Virus record (IMG/VR): IMGVR_UViG_3300045988_169289
Origin: a virus
Direction: 5' to 3' (one strand)
Length of the DNA stretch: 45,195 bases
Below are positions 1-10,800 of this stretch, one piece after another. Positions within the stretch are counted from its first letter, which is position 1; each line of letters opens with the position of its first letter. Below the pieces are notes generated by a model that saw nothing but the letters and a program-made list of their open reading frames with translations, made no database searches and had not been told where the DNA came from. The translations under genes and the position numbers were made by a program.

Positions 1-100
1 CCCTCGTTACCGAGACGCCCTTATCGAGTTGCTAGCTCTTCCCCTTCAGCGGGTGAGCAGGGGACTCACACCCCTTAGTAACGCGCCCTGCTGGGCGCAC
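1..100 (-). mobile_element. First 100 nt of the group II intron (duplicate of 45077..45176 created by the contig overlap)
   Basis: The reverse complement of 96..100 is GTGCG, the canonical group II intron 5' end. The sequence continues as domain I across the contig junction. Confidence 0.8.
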
Positions 101-119
101 TCACGAAAATCCCCGCCAA
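1..119. repeat. Terminal direct repeat copy 1 (circular-assembly overlap)
   Basis: Bases 1..119 are repeated exactly at 45077..45195. The repeat lies inside group II intron domain I, so it marks closure of a circular 45076-bp molecule rather than an att site or packaging repeat. Confidence 0.9.
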
Positions 120-145
120 CCGAAGGCTGACGGGGATTGTTTTAT
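101..145. terminator. Bidirectional intrinsic terminator between the convergent gene blocks; insertion landmark of the intron
   Basis: The minus-strand RNA folds as AUCCCCGUCAGCC-UUCG-GGUUGGCGGGGAU (13-bp stem with 2 G-U pairs and a UUCG loop, coordinates 109..137), followed by UUUCG. The plus strand has the same stem followed by tgtttt. It directly follows the stop codon at 142..144. Confidence 0.8.
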
Positions 146-684
146 TTCCCGGTTTTTACCCAATCGAAGACTGACTTCACTGGATTAACCACAAAAGATA
201 CTGTTTTCCCAATCCAATTGTCTTTTTGGTAAAAAGCAACAAGCAGCCCAATTACCATAACGGAAAACGACACTATCGCAATTAGATATACATAATATTC
301 AGAATCGTAATATGTTCTATATCTATATCGAGATATTTTATCTATTGCTGTAAAAATAAGAAAATAGGATTCTCCCAAAGCCCTTTCGAAAGTTCTATAA
401 GGGCTCATTCCGATCAACAAAAATAGCGTCGCCATTCCAAAATAAACAACACCGCCAGCTCCTCCAATCAAGACAGCCAGTCTTTTCCAGGGCGTATCGA
501 AACGAGCGCACCATTTTTGCAACCTCGTTTGTCTCACAATACCCTGGGCCTCTTCCGCTTTTCTTTGAAGTTCTTCTCGCCGTTCAATCTCATGCCCCTT
601 TTCTACCAAACGGTGATACGCCGGGATTGCGTACGAAAGCAAAATGACAACCCCGAAGAAAACAAACAACCAAAACGCAACCAT
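142..684 (-). CDS. AT-rich multi-pass membrane protein of unknown function (moron next to int)
   Basis: ORF 142..690. SD AAGGAG lies 5 nt upstream of the ATG at 684. Hydrophobic segments include VAFWLFVFFGVVILLSYAI, LAVLIGGAGGVVYFGMATLFLLIG and YVYLIAIVSFSVMVIGLLVAF. It is visibly more AT-rich than the flanking genes. Confidence 0.7.
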   Translation of the reverse strand: MVAFWLFVFFGVVILLSYAIPAYHRLVEKGHEIERREELQRKAEEAQGIVRQTRLQKWCARFDTPWKRLAVLIGGAGGVVYFGMATLFLLIGMSPYRTFERALGESYFLIFTAIDKISRYRYRTYYDSEYYVYLIAIVSFSVMVIGLLVAFYQKDNWIGKTVSFVVNPVKSVFDWVKTGK

Positions 685-686
685 GG

Positions 687-1937
687 TCACTCCTTTTTTA
701 CTTTGCTAAAACAATAGTCCGCCCATGCTTCCATCAGCTCACGTCGGCGCAGGAACATCGTCTGCCGCTCATACGCACCGTTGTATCCGTCGTTCAGCTT
801 GTGGTGTAGACAAAGATGCGCCACCCGCACGTCAAATCTTTTGTCATTACCCAGGCTATCGTCCTGACTCCAGGTCATGAAAGTTGCTCTGGCTATGCCG
901 TGCTGAGTCGGACGCACCGTTTTCCCACGCTTTAGACTCTCGGCCTTGTCCGTCCAATCACCGGGCGTCAGTTTGACAAGCCGCCCGAGCATCGTGTCCG
1001 TCATCACGTTACCGTAACGATTCGGGAAGATCAGTCCCTCGTGCGGACGGTCGATACTTTTCAGAAACGCAATCACCTTCGGGGCCAACGGCACAATCAA
1101 TGCTCCGTTGCTGGAGACCTTCAGCTGTTCTGGCGGGACTGTCCAAATCTTCTCTTCCCAGTCGATCTGATCCCAACGGGCTTCCCGTGCCGTCTGCGAA
1201 CGCGTCGCGGTCAGAATGGAAAACTCGAAGCATTGTCGGCTACTGATCTGCTTTTCGGCCATAGAGGCCGCGAAGAAGTCCGGCAACTCGCTTACTGCCA
1301 ACGCCCCACGGTTCTGTTTGACGTGACGGTTATTCGGCAAAAGAAACTGCAACGCCCCATGACGATCCGCCGGATTATCCCTGTCGGTGTAGCCCTTCGC
1401 CTTCGCCCAGTCGAAAACCTTTTTGGCGAAACCGAGGCACCTATCCACAATGTCCGGTTTATCCCAAATGGCCGCCGCAATCTCGGCCACGTCCGCAGGC
1501 TTGATCTCGTCGATAATCTTGTCACCGATTCTCGGCCACACGTGACAACGCATCCGGCTTTCGAAAACGCGATGAGACTTTGAAAGCTCCTCCCAGTTGC
1601 CTACGTCGATATTCCACTGCATGTACTCGTCGCAGACTTTTCGGAAAGTTTTCTTCGCCACAGACACGGGCTTTTTCTTTTTCGAGGCTTCGATCTCTTT
1701 CACAAAATCTTCAGCACCAAGCCCCATCAGCCGGGCAGTCATAGCCCGCGCATTCGCCAAAGCAATACTTGCAGCACTGCCCAGACCTACGTCATACCTC
1801 TTGCCATTTACCTGACGACGCAGCACCCAAGCCCGTGAGCCACCTTTAATCACGAGGTACAAACCTTTGGTCAACTCGTCCCGATACACGCCGTCGCCAA
1901 GATTCCCCAGTGTCCTTTGTGAGAGTTTGGCTTTCAT
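687..1937 (-). CDS. int: Tyrosine recombinase / phage integrase (P4-type with N-terminal arm-binding domain)
   Basis: 416 aa. The N-terminus GLYLVIKGGSRAWVLRRQVNGKRYDVGLG is typical of DUF4102-type integrases. The C-terminal catalytic region has ATRSQTAREARW, HGIARATFMTW, HLCLHH and GAYER (R, H-x-x-R, H, Y). Confidence 0.9.
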   Translation of the reverse strand: MKAKLSQRTLGNLGDGVYRDELTKGLYLVIKGGSRAWVLRRQVNGKRYDVGLGSAASIALANARAMTARLMGLGAEDFVKEIEASKKKKPVSVAKKTFRKVCDEYMQWNIDVGNWEELSKSHRVFESRMRCHVWPRIGDKIIDEIKPADVAEIAAAIWDKPDIVDRCLGFAKKVFDWAKAKGYTDRDNPADRHGALQFLLPNNRHVKQNRGALAVSELPDFFAASMAEKQISSRQCFEFSILTATRSQTAREARWDQIDWEEKIWTVPPEQLKVSSNGALIVPLAPKVIAFLKSIDRPHEGLIFPNRYGNVMTDTMLGRLVKLTPGDWTDKAESLKRGKTVRPTQHGIARATFMTWSQDDSLGNDKRFDVRVAHLCLHHKLNDGYNGAYERQTMFLRRRELMEAWADYCFSKVKKE

Positions 1938-1939
1938 AA

Positions 1940-2318
1940 AAACTCCTCAACCAGGGAAGATTCTCTTCCCTAGTTTCTTCCCTAGTTGAGGTTAACACAA
2001 ATTGATAAAGGTGAACACTTGTGAATAGGGAAGAACCAGGGAAGAAAGGGCACTTCAAGTCCCGCTGTTACTAACGAAAAACCCCTGAAGCCAATAGCGA
2101 CAGGGGTTTACGAGAAAATCGAAAAAGCGCTGATTGGTAGGCCCAGTTGTACCAAAACACCCGCATGAACAAAGGCGTGCAGGGCGACTCCAAAAATCTT
2201 CCCTAGTTTTTTCCCTAGTCACGCAGGAAAAAGCGTAAACTCCGCAACAGATGTCCCGAGCGCCAAGAGCGCCTGAGACACGGAACCCCGAGCACCGCAA
2301 GGTCCCCGGGGTTCAATT
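1940..2318. other. Putative attP region with seven arm-type repeats TCTTCCCT(A/G)G and a tRNA-3'-end-like core candidate
   Basis: Direct copies are at 1964..1973, 1976..1985, 2197..2206 and 2211..2218 (8-nt partial copy ttccctag). Inverted copies are at 1951..1960, 2026..2034 (9 nt) and 2036..2045. The central segment 2054..2075 (ttcaagtcccgctgttacta) resembles a tRNA T-loop, T-stem and acceptor 3' end. Confidence 0.55.
2077..2113 (-). terminator. Intrinsic terminator ending the late (structural) operon
   Basis: The minus strand reads AACCCCUG-(13 nt loop)-CAGGGGUU followed by UUUCGUU. Stem arms are at 2081..2087 and 2101..2107. Confidence 0.6.
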
Positions 2319-4856
2319 TTATCTCATCGGTTGATCCGCCATTCTCGGCGCGCGCGTCGGCGTGAGACTGTCAAGCGGCAACCAGTAGTCCTGTCCCGTC
2401 CCACGGCGCAACTTCTTTTCCATCCGCGACAGGTATCCCGGAGACATCCACTCATTGAACTCGTTCATAAAGGCGCGGTCAATCGCCGTTGACGTGTACC
2501 ACATATTGAGGAACGGAAGGTGCGAGCGGATTGAACGCACAGTTTTCGCACCCGGTTTTGTGTCCTTGTCGTAGATAGGTGCACGAGCCCAAGCAAACGC
2601 CGCGTCCGAAGCCTCAATCACCGAACCAAGCTGAGGGCCAAGAATGTTAGCCGCGCCAGACATTGCACCGTAACGAGAATCATCCGAGAGTCCGTTCACA
2701 ATCCAGTCCCCAAGGAAACCTAAGCCGCCACCCTTTGTCAGCGCAGCCGCCCAGAATTTTCCGGAGAAAACATCTTCTGCATCCTTACCATTGAGCAAGT
2801 CTTGAATCTGAAGGGACAATGCCCCCATGACCGTCGTCGCCACCACCACTCCTGCTGCATACCCCAGCTGATCCACAAAACTCCCGTGGCGATTCAAGAA
2901 CTGAACGCGCCGCCAATGGCGTTCCATCATTGCCAAAGGAAACGACTTGAAGAGCATCGCAGCACGCCACAACTCGCCCGACATTGTTCCTCGCTTATTA
3001 CCGCGGCTTGCTTCCGTCCGAGTAATCAAGTCAGGACCGAGGGAAGCCATTTCGCCTTCATTGAGGATAAAGCCGATGACCTTACTCGCAAGAGATTCAG
3101 CGTTCTCGTCAACGATCATCCTCTTCGGATCCGAAGAAATTTCCTTCAGCCGCTTATACGACAGGAACTTCACGCCCTTGAATTCTTCTGTCCCGGCCTC
3201 CTGCATCAGCTTCCATTCAGCCTCTCCGATGCCGCCGTCCTGAAGTCGCGCCCGATCATAATCATCCAACGCCGACCAATCTTTCTCAATGAGTTTACCG
3301 AGGGACGCCAGCATATTGAGGTTGAATGCCCGGCGCACCGCATCAGTCCACGCCGTCAGGAAAGAAGCCTTCATTGAGGCATTCGCCAGTTTGGCCGTCC
3401 ACCCTTGTCCCAAATTATCGCTACCCCACCGAATGAAGTCGGACGAGATACTGTCGGCAATGAGGCCGCAACGATTCGCATAGTCTTTCCACTCAGAGCC
3501 GTAGGCCGAAAAGAGAAAACGCATCCCCTGCCAAAAATCCATACGGTTGAAACCGGTAGCCACAAAGTACGTCGAAATATCGGAAAAGGACGAAATAAAC
3601 GCCTTCCCCAATTTACCGGCAACTTCGAGATTTCGCCACCCAGAGAGGAAGCGCACGGCAGGTTCAGAGTTGACCGCCATCGCACTCGCCTCACCGGAAA
3701 GCACGCGCCACATTTCATCCAACGTAACCCGCGTCAAGCCGTGGTGATCTGAATACTTAGTTAGGAGTTCCCAACTGCTTTTTTCGCGCCGAGCATCAAG
3801 CGCCTGGGCGTCGGCAATCTCTTTGAGAAATTTGAACGTCGTCTCCGCTTGTGGCCCAAATCCCTCCATCATCGCTATGTCGTGGCTCATCTTGGAAACG
3901 TGCCCGATGAGCGTACTCGTCAAACTACCCTGACCGTACTTCGCTTCGTACTGCAGGTAAGAATCCGCATCCTTGAAATGCAGCTCACGATGAGGATACT
4001 TCTTGTACCCCACCAGACTCGGTTCTGCCGGGGTTTCCAAAGCGTCCCACAGATTATCTGCGTTATGTCCGGAAGTCACAATGTCTTCCCATGCCTCACC
4101 AAGGAAGTCCCGCAACTGACTGTCGGTCATCCGCTGACCGTTGTCCTGCTTATAGCGGGTTCTGTCCATAAGCGGGAACACCTCATCAATCCAAGCATTC
4201 TTCCCGCCGCCTTTTTTATTTCGAACTTTCGCCCAATCGTGCGACTGCGGAATATAGCCATAGTCAATAAGACCAATCCTTGCACCTGCATGTAAGGCAC
4301 GGCCCCGCATATCCTTCGCCGTCTTTGCCCATGCCTCAGCTGCAGCCTTTGCACGGGCGTTCTTTGTGTCTTCACCATAGACCTCACGTGCGAAATCGCG
4401 AGCATCTTCGGCGTTTTCTACAAAACCGAGCCATTTCGAGCGAATGCCGTTAAGCGTATCAAGCATCGAAGTCAGGTACTCGTTTCGAATGCCTTGTGCA
4501 GCGCGTTCAACACCGAGCATCAGTTTGGCGACGCCCGCGTGAGCGTGAATGTCCTCTTCCCGCGCAAGGCGATCCAATTCTCTCAGCGAGCGGTTTTGTG
4601 CGAGAACCTGCTTATAACGCGCAGCCTTCTTTTGCCGAGCCTGCTCCTGTAAATCCTTCGCCAGCTCACCACCGGCGGCCTGAATGCGTTCCGCCTGAGT
4701 CATTGAGCCCCAGCGTTCCCAAAAGTCTTTACGCTTGGAAAGCGTCTGCATTTTGGACTCGAAGGCGGCAATAATCTGTTCGCCTTCTTCGTCGCTGATT
4801 GTGCCTTCTTTGCGACCGAGCGTCTGCCCGATCAAGTCCTTACATTCTTGTTTCAT
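2319..4856 (-). CDS. Large virion-associated protein, probably an internal/ejection protein (unknown family)
   Basis: ORF 2319..4886. The ATG at 4856 overlaps the upstream stop as ATGA. It is the last gene of the internal-virion-protein block. No polymerase or hydrolase motif was recognised. Confidence 0.55.
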   Translation of the reverse strand: MKQECKDLIGQTLGRKEGTISDEEGEQIIAAFESKMQTLSKRKDFWERWGSMTQAERIQAAGGELAKDLQEQARQKKAARYKQVLAQNRSLRELDRLAREEDIHAHAGVAKLMLGVERAAQGIRNEYLTSMLDTLNGIRSKWLGFVENAEDARDFAREVYGEDTKNARAKAAAEAWAKTAKDMRGRALHAGARIGLIDYGYIPQSHDWAKVRNKKGGGKNAWIDEVFPLMDRTRYKQDNGQRMTDSQLRDFLGEAWEDIVTSGHNADNLWDALETPAEPSLVGYKKYPHRELHFKDADSYLQYEAKYGQGSLTSTLIGHVSKMSHDIAMMEGFGPQAETTFKFLKEIADAQALDARREKSSWELLTKYSDHHGLTRVTLDEMWRVLSGEASAMAVNSEPAVRFLSGWRNLEVAGKLGKAFISSFSDISTYFVATGFNRMDFWQGMRFLFSAYGSEWKDYANRCGLIADSISSDFIRWGSDNLGQGWTAKLANASMKASFLTAWTDAVRRAFNLNMLASLGKLIEKDWSALDDYDRARLQDGGIGEAEWKLMQEAGTEEFKGVKFLSYKRLKEISSDPKRMIVDENAESLASKVIGFILNEGEMASLGPDLITRTEASRGNKRGTMSGELWRAAMLFKSFPLAMMERHWRRVQFLNRHGSFVDQLGYAAGVVVATTVMGALSLQIQDLLNGKDAEDVFSGKFWAAALTKGGGLGFLGDWIVNGLSDDSRYGAMSGAANILGPQLGSVIEASDAAFAWARAPIYDKDTKPGAKTVRSIRSHLPFLNMWYTSTAIDRAFMNEFNEWMSPGYLSRMEKKLRRGTGQDYWLPLDSLTPTRAPRMADQPMR

Positions 4857-7800
4857 GCCGGAATCCCGTTGTTTCTGATGATGCACATTGCGGCCGTCGC
4901 CAACCCAGCCATATCCGTATCCGCCTGCTTATCAATCGAGGCTTCATCCGCCAAAATCTCCGCAGCCGTCTTTTGGTGCTCAATGCCATTTTCATCCTTG
5001 AATTTATAGACAAAATCAGGATTAAGCGCAGCCAAATCCTCAACCTGCACACGTTCGGAATTTTCTTCGGATAGCCCTTCGAGTTCGTGAGCCTGATGTG
5101 TCTCAAGTTCAGCCGCAGCCTTCGCCTCAGCATCCAACCCTGCATCCGGCGGAATATCGGGCGGAGGTTCTGACGCAACTCCGGCATCTTCGGCCACCGT
5201 CTCTACGATCGACTTCATCACGTTTTCGGCCGGTTTTTCTGCCTGCTGCATCGCTTGCAAGGTATTGCGCATCGCCACAACGTCCACTGCCGGGAGTGCC
5301 TCACGGAAGCCCTCGGTAGCCCCCTTCTCGCGCATCGCCGCATTGCCTTCGTCAATCAGGCGGTTTTGCGTATCCCGGAAGATACCCATCACGTCGGCGA
5401 GGTCTGTCGAGACGTTTTCTGCTTCACCAAACAAACCTGCCTGAGGCCCATTGCCGGACGACTTCAGCCGGTTTTCCACCGCAGCCGCGAACGGTTCAAG
5501 CACCCGAGCAATGGCCGCAGCTGAGTTCTGATTCTCAGCAATGAACCCTAAAAGCTGCTGCACCGCCGGGTTATCGCCAAATACGTCACCCTGTCCGACG
5601 ATACTTTCAAGCGGCGTCCCTTCGATCTTCGCGTTACGGATGCGGTTCACCACGTCCACCAACACCGACCCCAGGTCAACCGCGTCGTTCGAGGCTTCTC
5701 GGATGTTGATAACGTGAGGCGCGAAAGCCGCCATCGCGTTCAAAATGCGCTTGATCCCCTGCTTATCGGTATCGTCCGCCACCAGAGCCGTCAACGTCCG
5801 ATCTCGGTAGGCTTCATAGAAGACGGCCGCACGGAGTCGATTCGTCGCGGTCTCTGTCGGCCGACCGTCTGCCGTGAGGAGCTTGCCGAGGGAATTCGGT
5901 TCACCAATATCAATCGTGAACTGCCGCACCGTTTCCGGAGTCGGCGCACCGTCCTCATCGAACTGATACTTCCAAACATTGTTCCGGATCCGCGGCGAAT
6001 CCTGCACCGCCGTTTCGAGAGCCGACTTTTCCAAGACGTTTGAGGAGTTCGACCGTTCGATAAAGCCCGTCTCCACCGCTTCCGGCGGCATGATGCGCAC
6101 CAGCACCGGGTGCTGCATCCCTGCCACTACTTCCGGATTGATCCCTACGGATTGCGCATCGGCCATCAAGTCCTGTCGGTATTGCTCAGCCGTACCACGG
6201 TTGTAGGCTTCGGAGAGCCCGGCCATGCGTCCGTTACCCGCTATCGCGTGCATTCGAGACGGATCAGTACCGTATTCAGCAACCGGCGTCCCGTCGAAGT
6301 TGTTGGAGCGGAGAACCGAATCCGCCTCGACCACGGCGTAGGTCATCGGGATTTTATGGCTGCCGTCGGCCACGGTTTCCGTATTCCCCAAATACCGTGA
6401 ATCAGGCAGCGTTCCAAAGGACACAATCGGCGCACCGGAATCCGTCGTGCGGGAGACGGAAAGTCGCGTGTAGTCCGGAGCTGTGGCAATGGCGTTCATC
6501 TGTCCGACAGACACTGCGCCCGTGCGGTCACGGTTCTGAAGCACCACAATCGTCCCCGTGTCGCCCATCTGGAAGGACTTCGCAAAGGCGTTCTTCCCCT
6601 GTCGAACCGCTGCATCATTCACCGGGGCATTTTTCATTGCCTGAGAAACGTCCACCTGTTCACCGGAGTTCATCGCCTGAGCCGCCTGCTGCTGAGCGCG
6701 AATCGCCGCCGTATAAGCATTCGGAGCCGAACCGTCCTGCAACGGAGCTGTAACCTTTTGGTTATTCGTACGCTGAGCCTGAATGACACGGGCCGCCGTC
6801 ACCTGTCCGGAATTCGACCGGAAGGACGCCATTTTCTTTTCGACGTCGTACATCCGGTTAAGCACCCGGCGAACATCGGGCGAAAGTTCCGGTAGATCTT
6901 CGCCGAACTGCGCCTTGTAGCGTTCGCCGATTTCCTTCTTGGCTGCATCGTCGCCGGCACCTTCGCCCACGAGGTCCCGGTACATATCCATCAACCACCA
7001 GGCGAAGTTCCGGAACATACCCTGCAAATACCCTGCCGGCACCTCACCTTCGGACAGATAGCGTTCCGTCCAAGCCGCATAACGCTCCTGCAGTTTGGCT
7101 TTCTGCTCAAAGGGCAGCGCGTTGTACTCCTCAACGGACTTGAGACCGAACGCCTTCAGCAACGCGTCAATGTCGGCCCGCGCTTCCGGGGAAAGGTTTT
7201 CGTCGGCCGCGTGCGCAAAGAGGTTCGTCAGGTACCAGTGCGAATGTTCGTGTGAGAACGTGGAAAGATTCGCATTCGGCGTAAGTTTGATGGTGTTCGT
7301 CTGCGGGTTGAAGGAACCGCGGATTTCGCTTTCACCCCTGCCATGCTGAAACAGCACGTCCCCGCGATCCTGTTGCAGTTTCTGTGACAACTCCTTTTCA
7401 GCCTGCAAGCGATTGTTTGTCCGTTCGCCACCAGGGAGGACAGTATCTTTCGCGTATGTGCGCACCTCAACGCCGGCATCCTCCAGAACCTTCAGCACTT
7501 CCGGTGAGGTCCCTTCAGGCACCACCGCGCCCGCAAACTCGCTCAAGCCTACTGCACGTTGAGGCTTTGCCTCAAAATAATCCGTAAGCCCCTTTTGCAC
7601 GTCCGTGAGAATTTTCACGCCGGAGTCCAACAGTTCTGACGGGAACCCTCCCTTCGGCTCCTTGAAACCGTTTTTGACGAGCGCAGCGCGGACTTTCTCA
7701 GTCGTCGGCTTCCCCTTCGCAGAATCGGCCAACGCCCGCATCGCATCGTCCATCGCTGCAAAGGTATCCTTGTAGCCGTAGAAGTCTGCCGCCCGACTCC

Positions 7801-10800
7801 TGAAGTCACTCATCGCGGCATCAATGCTCTTGTTAGCCTCATCAGCCGTCGCCGGATCAACCACCCTTTCGCGATTCGCCTGAATGCTTTCTACTGACGA
7901 GAACTTCTTCGAGGCCGCTGCGCGAACCTTGCCCGGCCCAAACGTCATCGTGTCTTGCGTGTTTTTTGCCACACGCTTCGTCATAGCCTTGACAACGTTC
8001 TGCAGCGTCACCGGAACCAGTTTGCCGCCGACCTTGATTTTCGGCTCACCAAAAAGGCCATTCGTCTTTTTGGCAACCCAGGCATCAAAACCTTCCGAAT
8101 TATTCTCGAAGACCTCGCGAATTCGCTTTTCCGTCGCGTAGGAATCAATCTGCGGCTCCGTCGGCGCTTTACCAATCTTCTCAACATTGTTGATCAGGGT
8201 ATAAAGATAGGCATCCACCAAACGACCGCCGTTGCGAATCTTGTCGGCATTCCGCTTCTGAACGCGAGTCGCCTTATCACCAAGCGCATCAACCGCCTGC
8301 ACGTACGCTTCGTTGTAGGCCTGCATCGAACCTGCCACATCGAGCGATTGGTTAACACCAATCTTTTGGAACAACGGAAGCAACAGATGCTCAAGAGGCG
8401 TCCCGGCGTAGGGTTGCAGATACACAGGTTCAACCTTGATGCCCTTCTCATCGAGAAACATCTTCTGCGAGACAACCGAGTTACGGAATCGCCACATAAA
8501 GTCGTCACGGTCTGGGCTATCAATGAGCGACCTCATGGTATTGTCCATGCCGCCGCGGAAAAACCGCTCAGTCTTCCGATACTCCTGCCGTAGAGCCTCG
8601 GCCTTCTTCTTATCAACGGACTTTCCCCACTCAAACGCGGGGAACGTATTCGTATAGGCGTCCGCGCTGTAAACCGGCGTTCCTGTCGCGGGATCAATAA
8701 GCCCCTTTGTACCGATCAGGGTAATGTCGCCAAAACCGGAATAACCGGAATTCACCTTCGTGATGCCTATTGACGGAACGGCCAATCCGCCGAGTGCGTT
8801 AGCCTTCAACAAATTGTCGGCATCGATATGGTGCACCGCAACGAGCCGATCGGTCGGTTGACTCGGAGCATCGTAAGAGAATGCTCCTGTCGTCTGATTG
8901 AACTCCTGCGGTTCGTAGTACGCCGCCCCTTCGGCACGATAGGAATCATCCACTGAATCAAACGCCCCGCGTTGATCTTCGCGGACAAAACCCCTAAGCA
9001 AATCTGATAAACTGACGGTATCAGCAGACGACCACGCAGTAGGCACCCCAGCACCGGGGGACTGCGCGGCACCGGGAGGGACACTAGTAGCGTCTGTGGG
9101 TGCAAGTGGTGCTATAACCCCCTCCCCGCCTGCGGTACCAATTTCTTCCACTTCCACGGCATCAATGCTGTGCGTCGCCAACCGCTCACCACCGGCCGAA
9201 GGCAAATAATCCCGCACAATCAACTGAACACGATAGTTTTTTCCACCGTAAGAAGCTGCAGCTGTAAACTTGTGGATTCCGCGAACATCGGGGTTTTGAT
9301 GCTGAGTGTCTGCGTGAGATTCGATCAGCTTAGCGTCCGAAACAATTTGTTCGAAGTTTTGGACAATGGCGTCATACAAGCCGGCGTTTTTCTCTGCGAA
9401 CTTAAACGGAGGTAACGACTTTTTGGCGTCTCCGCGAGAACCTGTAAGAACCCAGCCACTGTCAGAGTTTTTGACGCCTTCTGACAGTTTTCCTACCAAC
9501 GTATCGATAGCAGCCTTGTGCCCTGCTTCGGGAACGTCGCTCATGTGAACCACGCTGACGGCTTCGTTTTCTCGTCCGATTGTCTGCGGCCCCATGTGCC
9601 ATTCTTTACCCTGCGTCACCGGCATATTGAAGGCTTCTTTCGGCACCTCGGCAGACTTTCCGTCCTCCGACCACACGATCTTTGCCGAGAAGTCCCGCAC
9701 CTTGTCCGGCTCAATCCCCAAACGCTTCGCGAGCGACACCACGGCCCGAGCGTTAATCGCTGCCTGTGTCCCGGCCTGCTCGAAGTTGAACTGACTCTTC
9801 CCCTTATTGAAAAGAGCTGTTCGCTGATCCTCGTAGACAAGACGGGCCGCGTCCTGATACTTCTGCGTCCGAATCTGCTCAGGACTGCGCCAAAACGCTC
9901 CGCCGAAGGCCGCACCCAAGGCCGCGCTTACCGCCAAGTCCACGCCGTTCAAGTCGTACTGCTGAGCCAGTTGGTTGTAATCCTGATGCTCAAGGATGAA
10001 TTTGATCCCCTCGACTTCGGCCACGTTCGTCCCGGCGTTCGCTGCAGCACCGTAGGCCGCGGACATCCCGCGACTCGCACCGAGAACCGCCGGAAGCCGC
10101 ATACCGATTGCGTTCATCCCGAACGACACCAGGCCGGCATTGATAGCCGTGTTACGGTCTACGCCCTCATCCATCAGGCGATTCGTCTCGTCGATGCCCA
10201 CGTCAGCACCGAAAGCCAATGCGCCGCCGGCGACACCGCCCGCCAAACCGTAGCCCATTGCCTTCGGAAGCGTCTTGAAAAGTCCGTAAACAATCTGAGA
10301 AGCCGTGCCCATCGTTTCGGGATCGACCTCGAAGTGAACCTTGTTGTAGTCGCGAATGTCACGGGCGTTCTGATCCATGACGGCCTTTTGCCCCTCCCAC
10401 CAGGCGCGGGTTTCGTCCGTACCCATGCGGGAGAGAATGTCGGCCCCGGTGTTCTTGAAAGCCGTGATAGCGGAACTCGCCGTCTGCAGCACCGCAGCGG
10501 GAATGCCTTTCCACGTATCGCCTAGCCCCGAGAAGACGCCGAGAGGCGTATTGACGCCCGGAAGCGGACGTTCCTCAAACACCTTGTCCTTCAGATCAAG
10601 AACAACGCCGGGCTCATTGCGCAGGAAGTAACGGCGCAGTCGATCTGCCTCAACCGACGACAGTTTCCGTCCCGGCGTGTAAACGTCCTTACCCTCAGCA
10701 TTCCGAGACCATACGCCGCCCGTCACGCCGTCCTGACCGCTGTAAATCGACTGATCCGAGAAAGTCGGATGATTCGGCTTTTTGTATTTGTCGCCCAAGT

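Noticed and set aside
1-119. Terminal 119-bp direct repeats as attL/attR or as T7-style packaging terminal repeats
   Set aside because: The repeat lies in the middle of the group II intron ribozyme (domain I) and gene order is continuous across it. The real attP candidate is next to int at 1940..2318. An assembler overlap of a circular molecule explains it best.
2054-2075. A complete tRNA gene in the attP region
   Set aside because: Only a T-loop/3' T-stem-like string (ttcaagtcccgct) is present. There is no matching 5' T-stem, anticodon arm or acceptor pairing, so it is at most the duplicated 3' end used as the attachment core.
1846-2300. Small ORFs 1846..2058 and 2055..2300 in the int-proximal gap
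   Set aside because: They run through the arm-type repeats and terminator hairpins of the putative attP region, have no SD sequences, and have low-complexity products.
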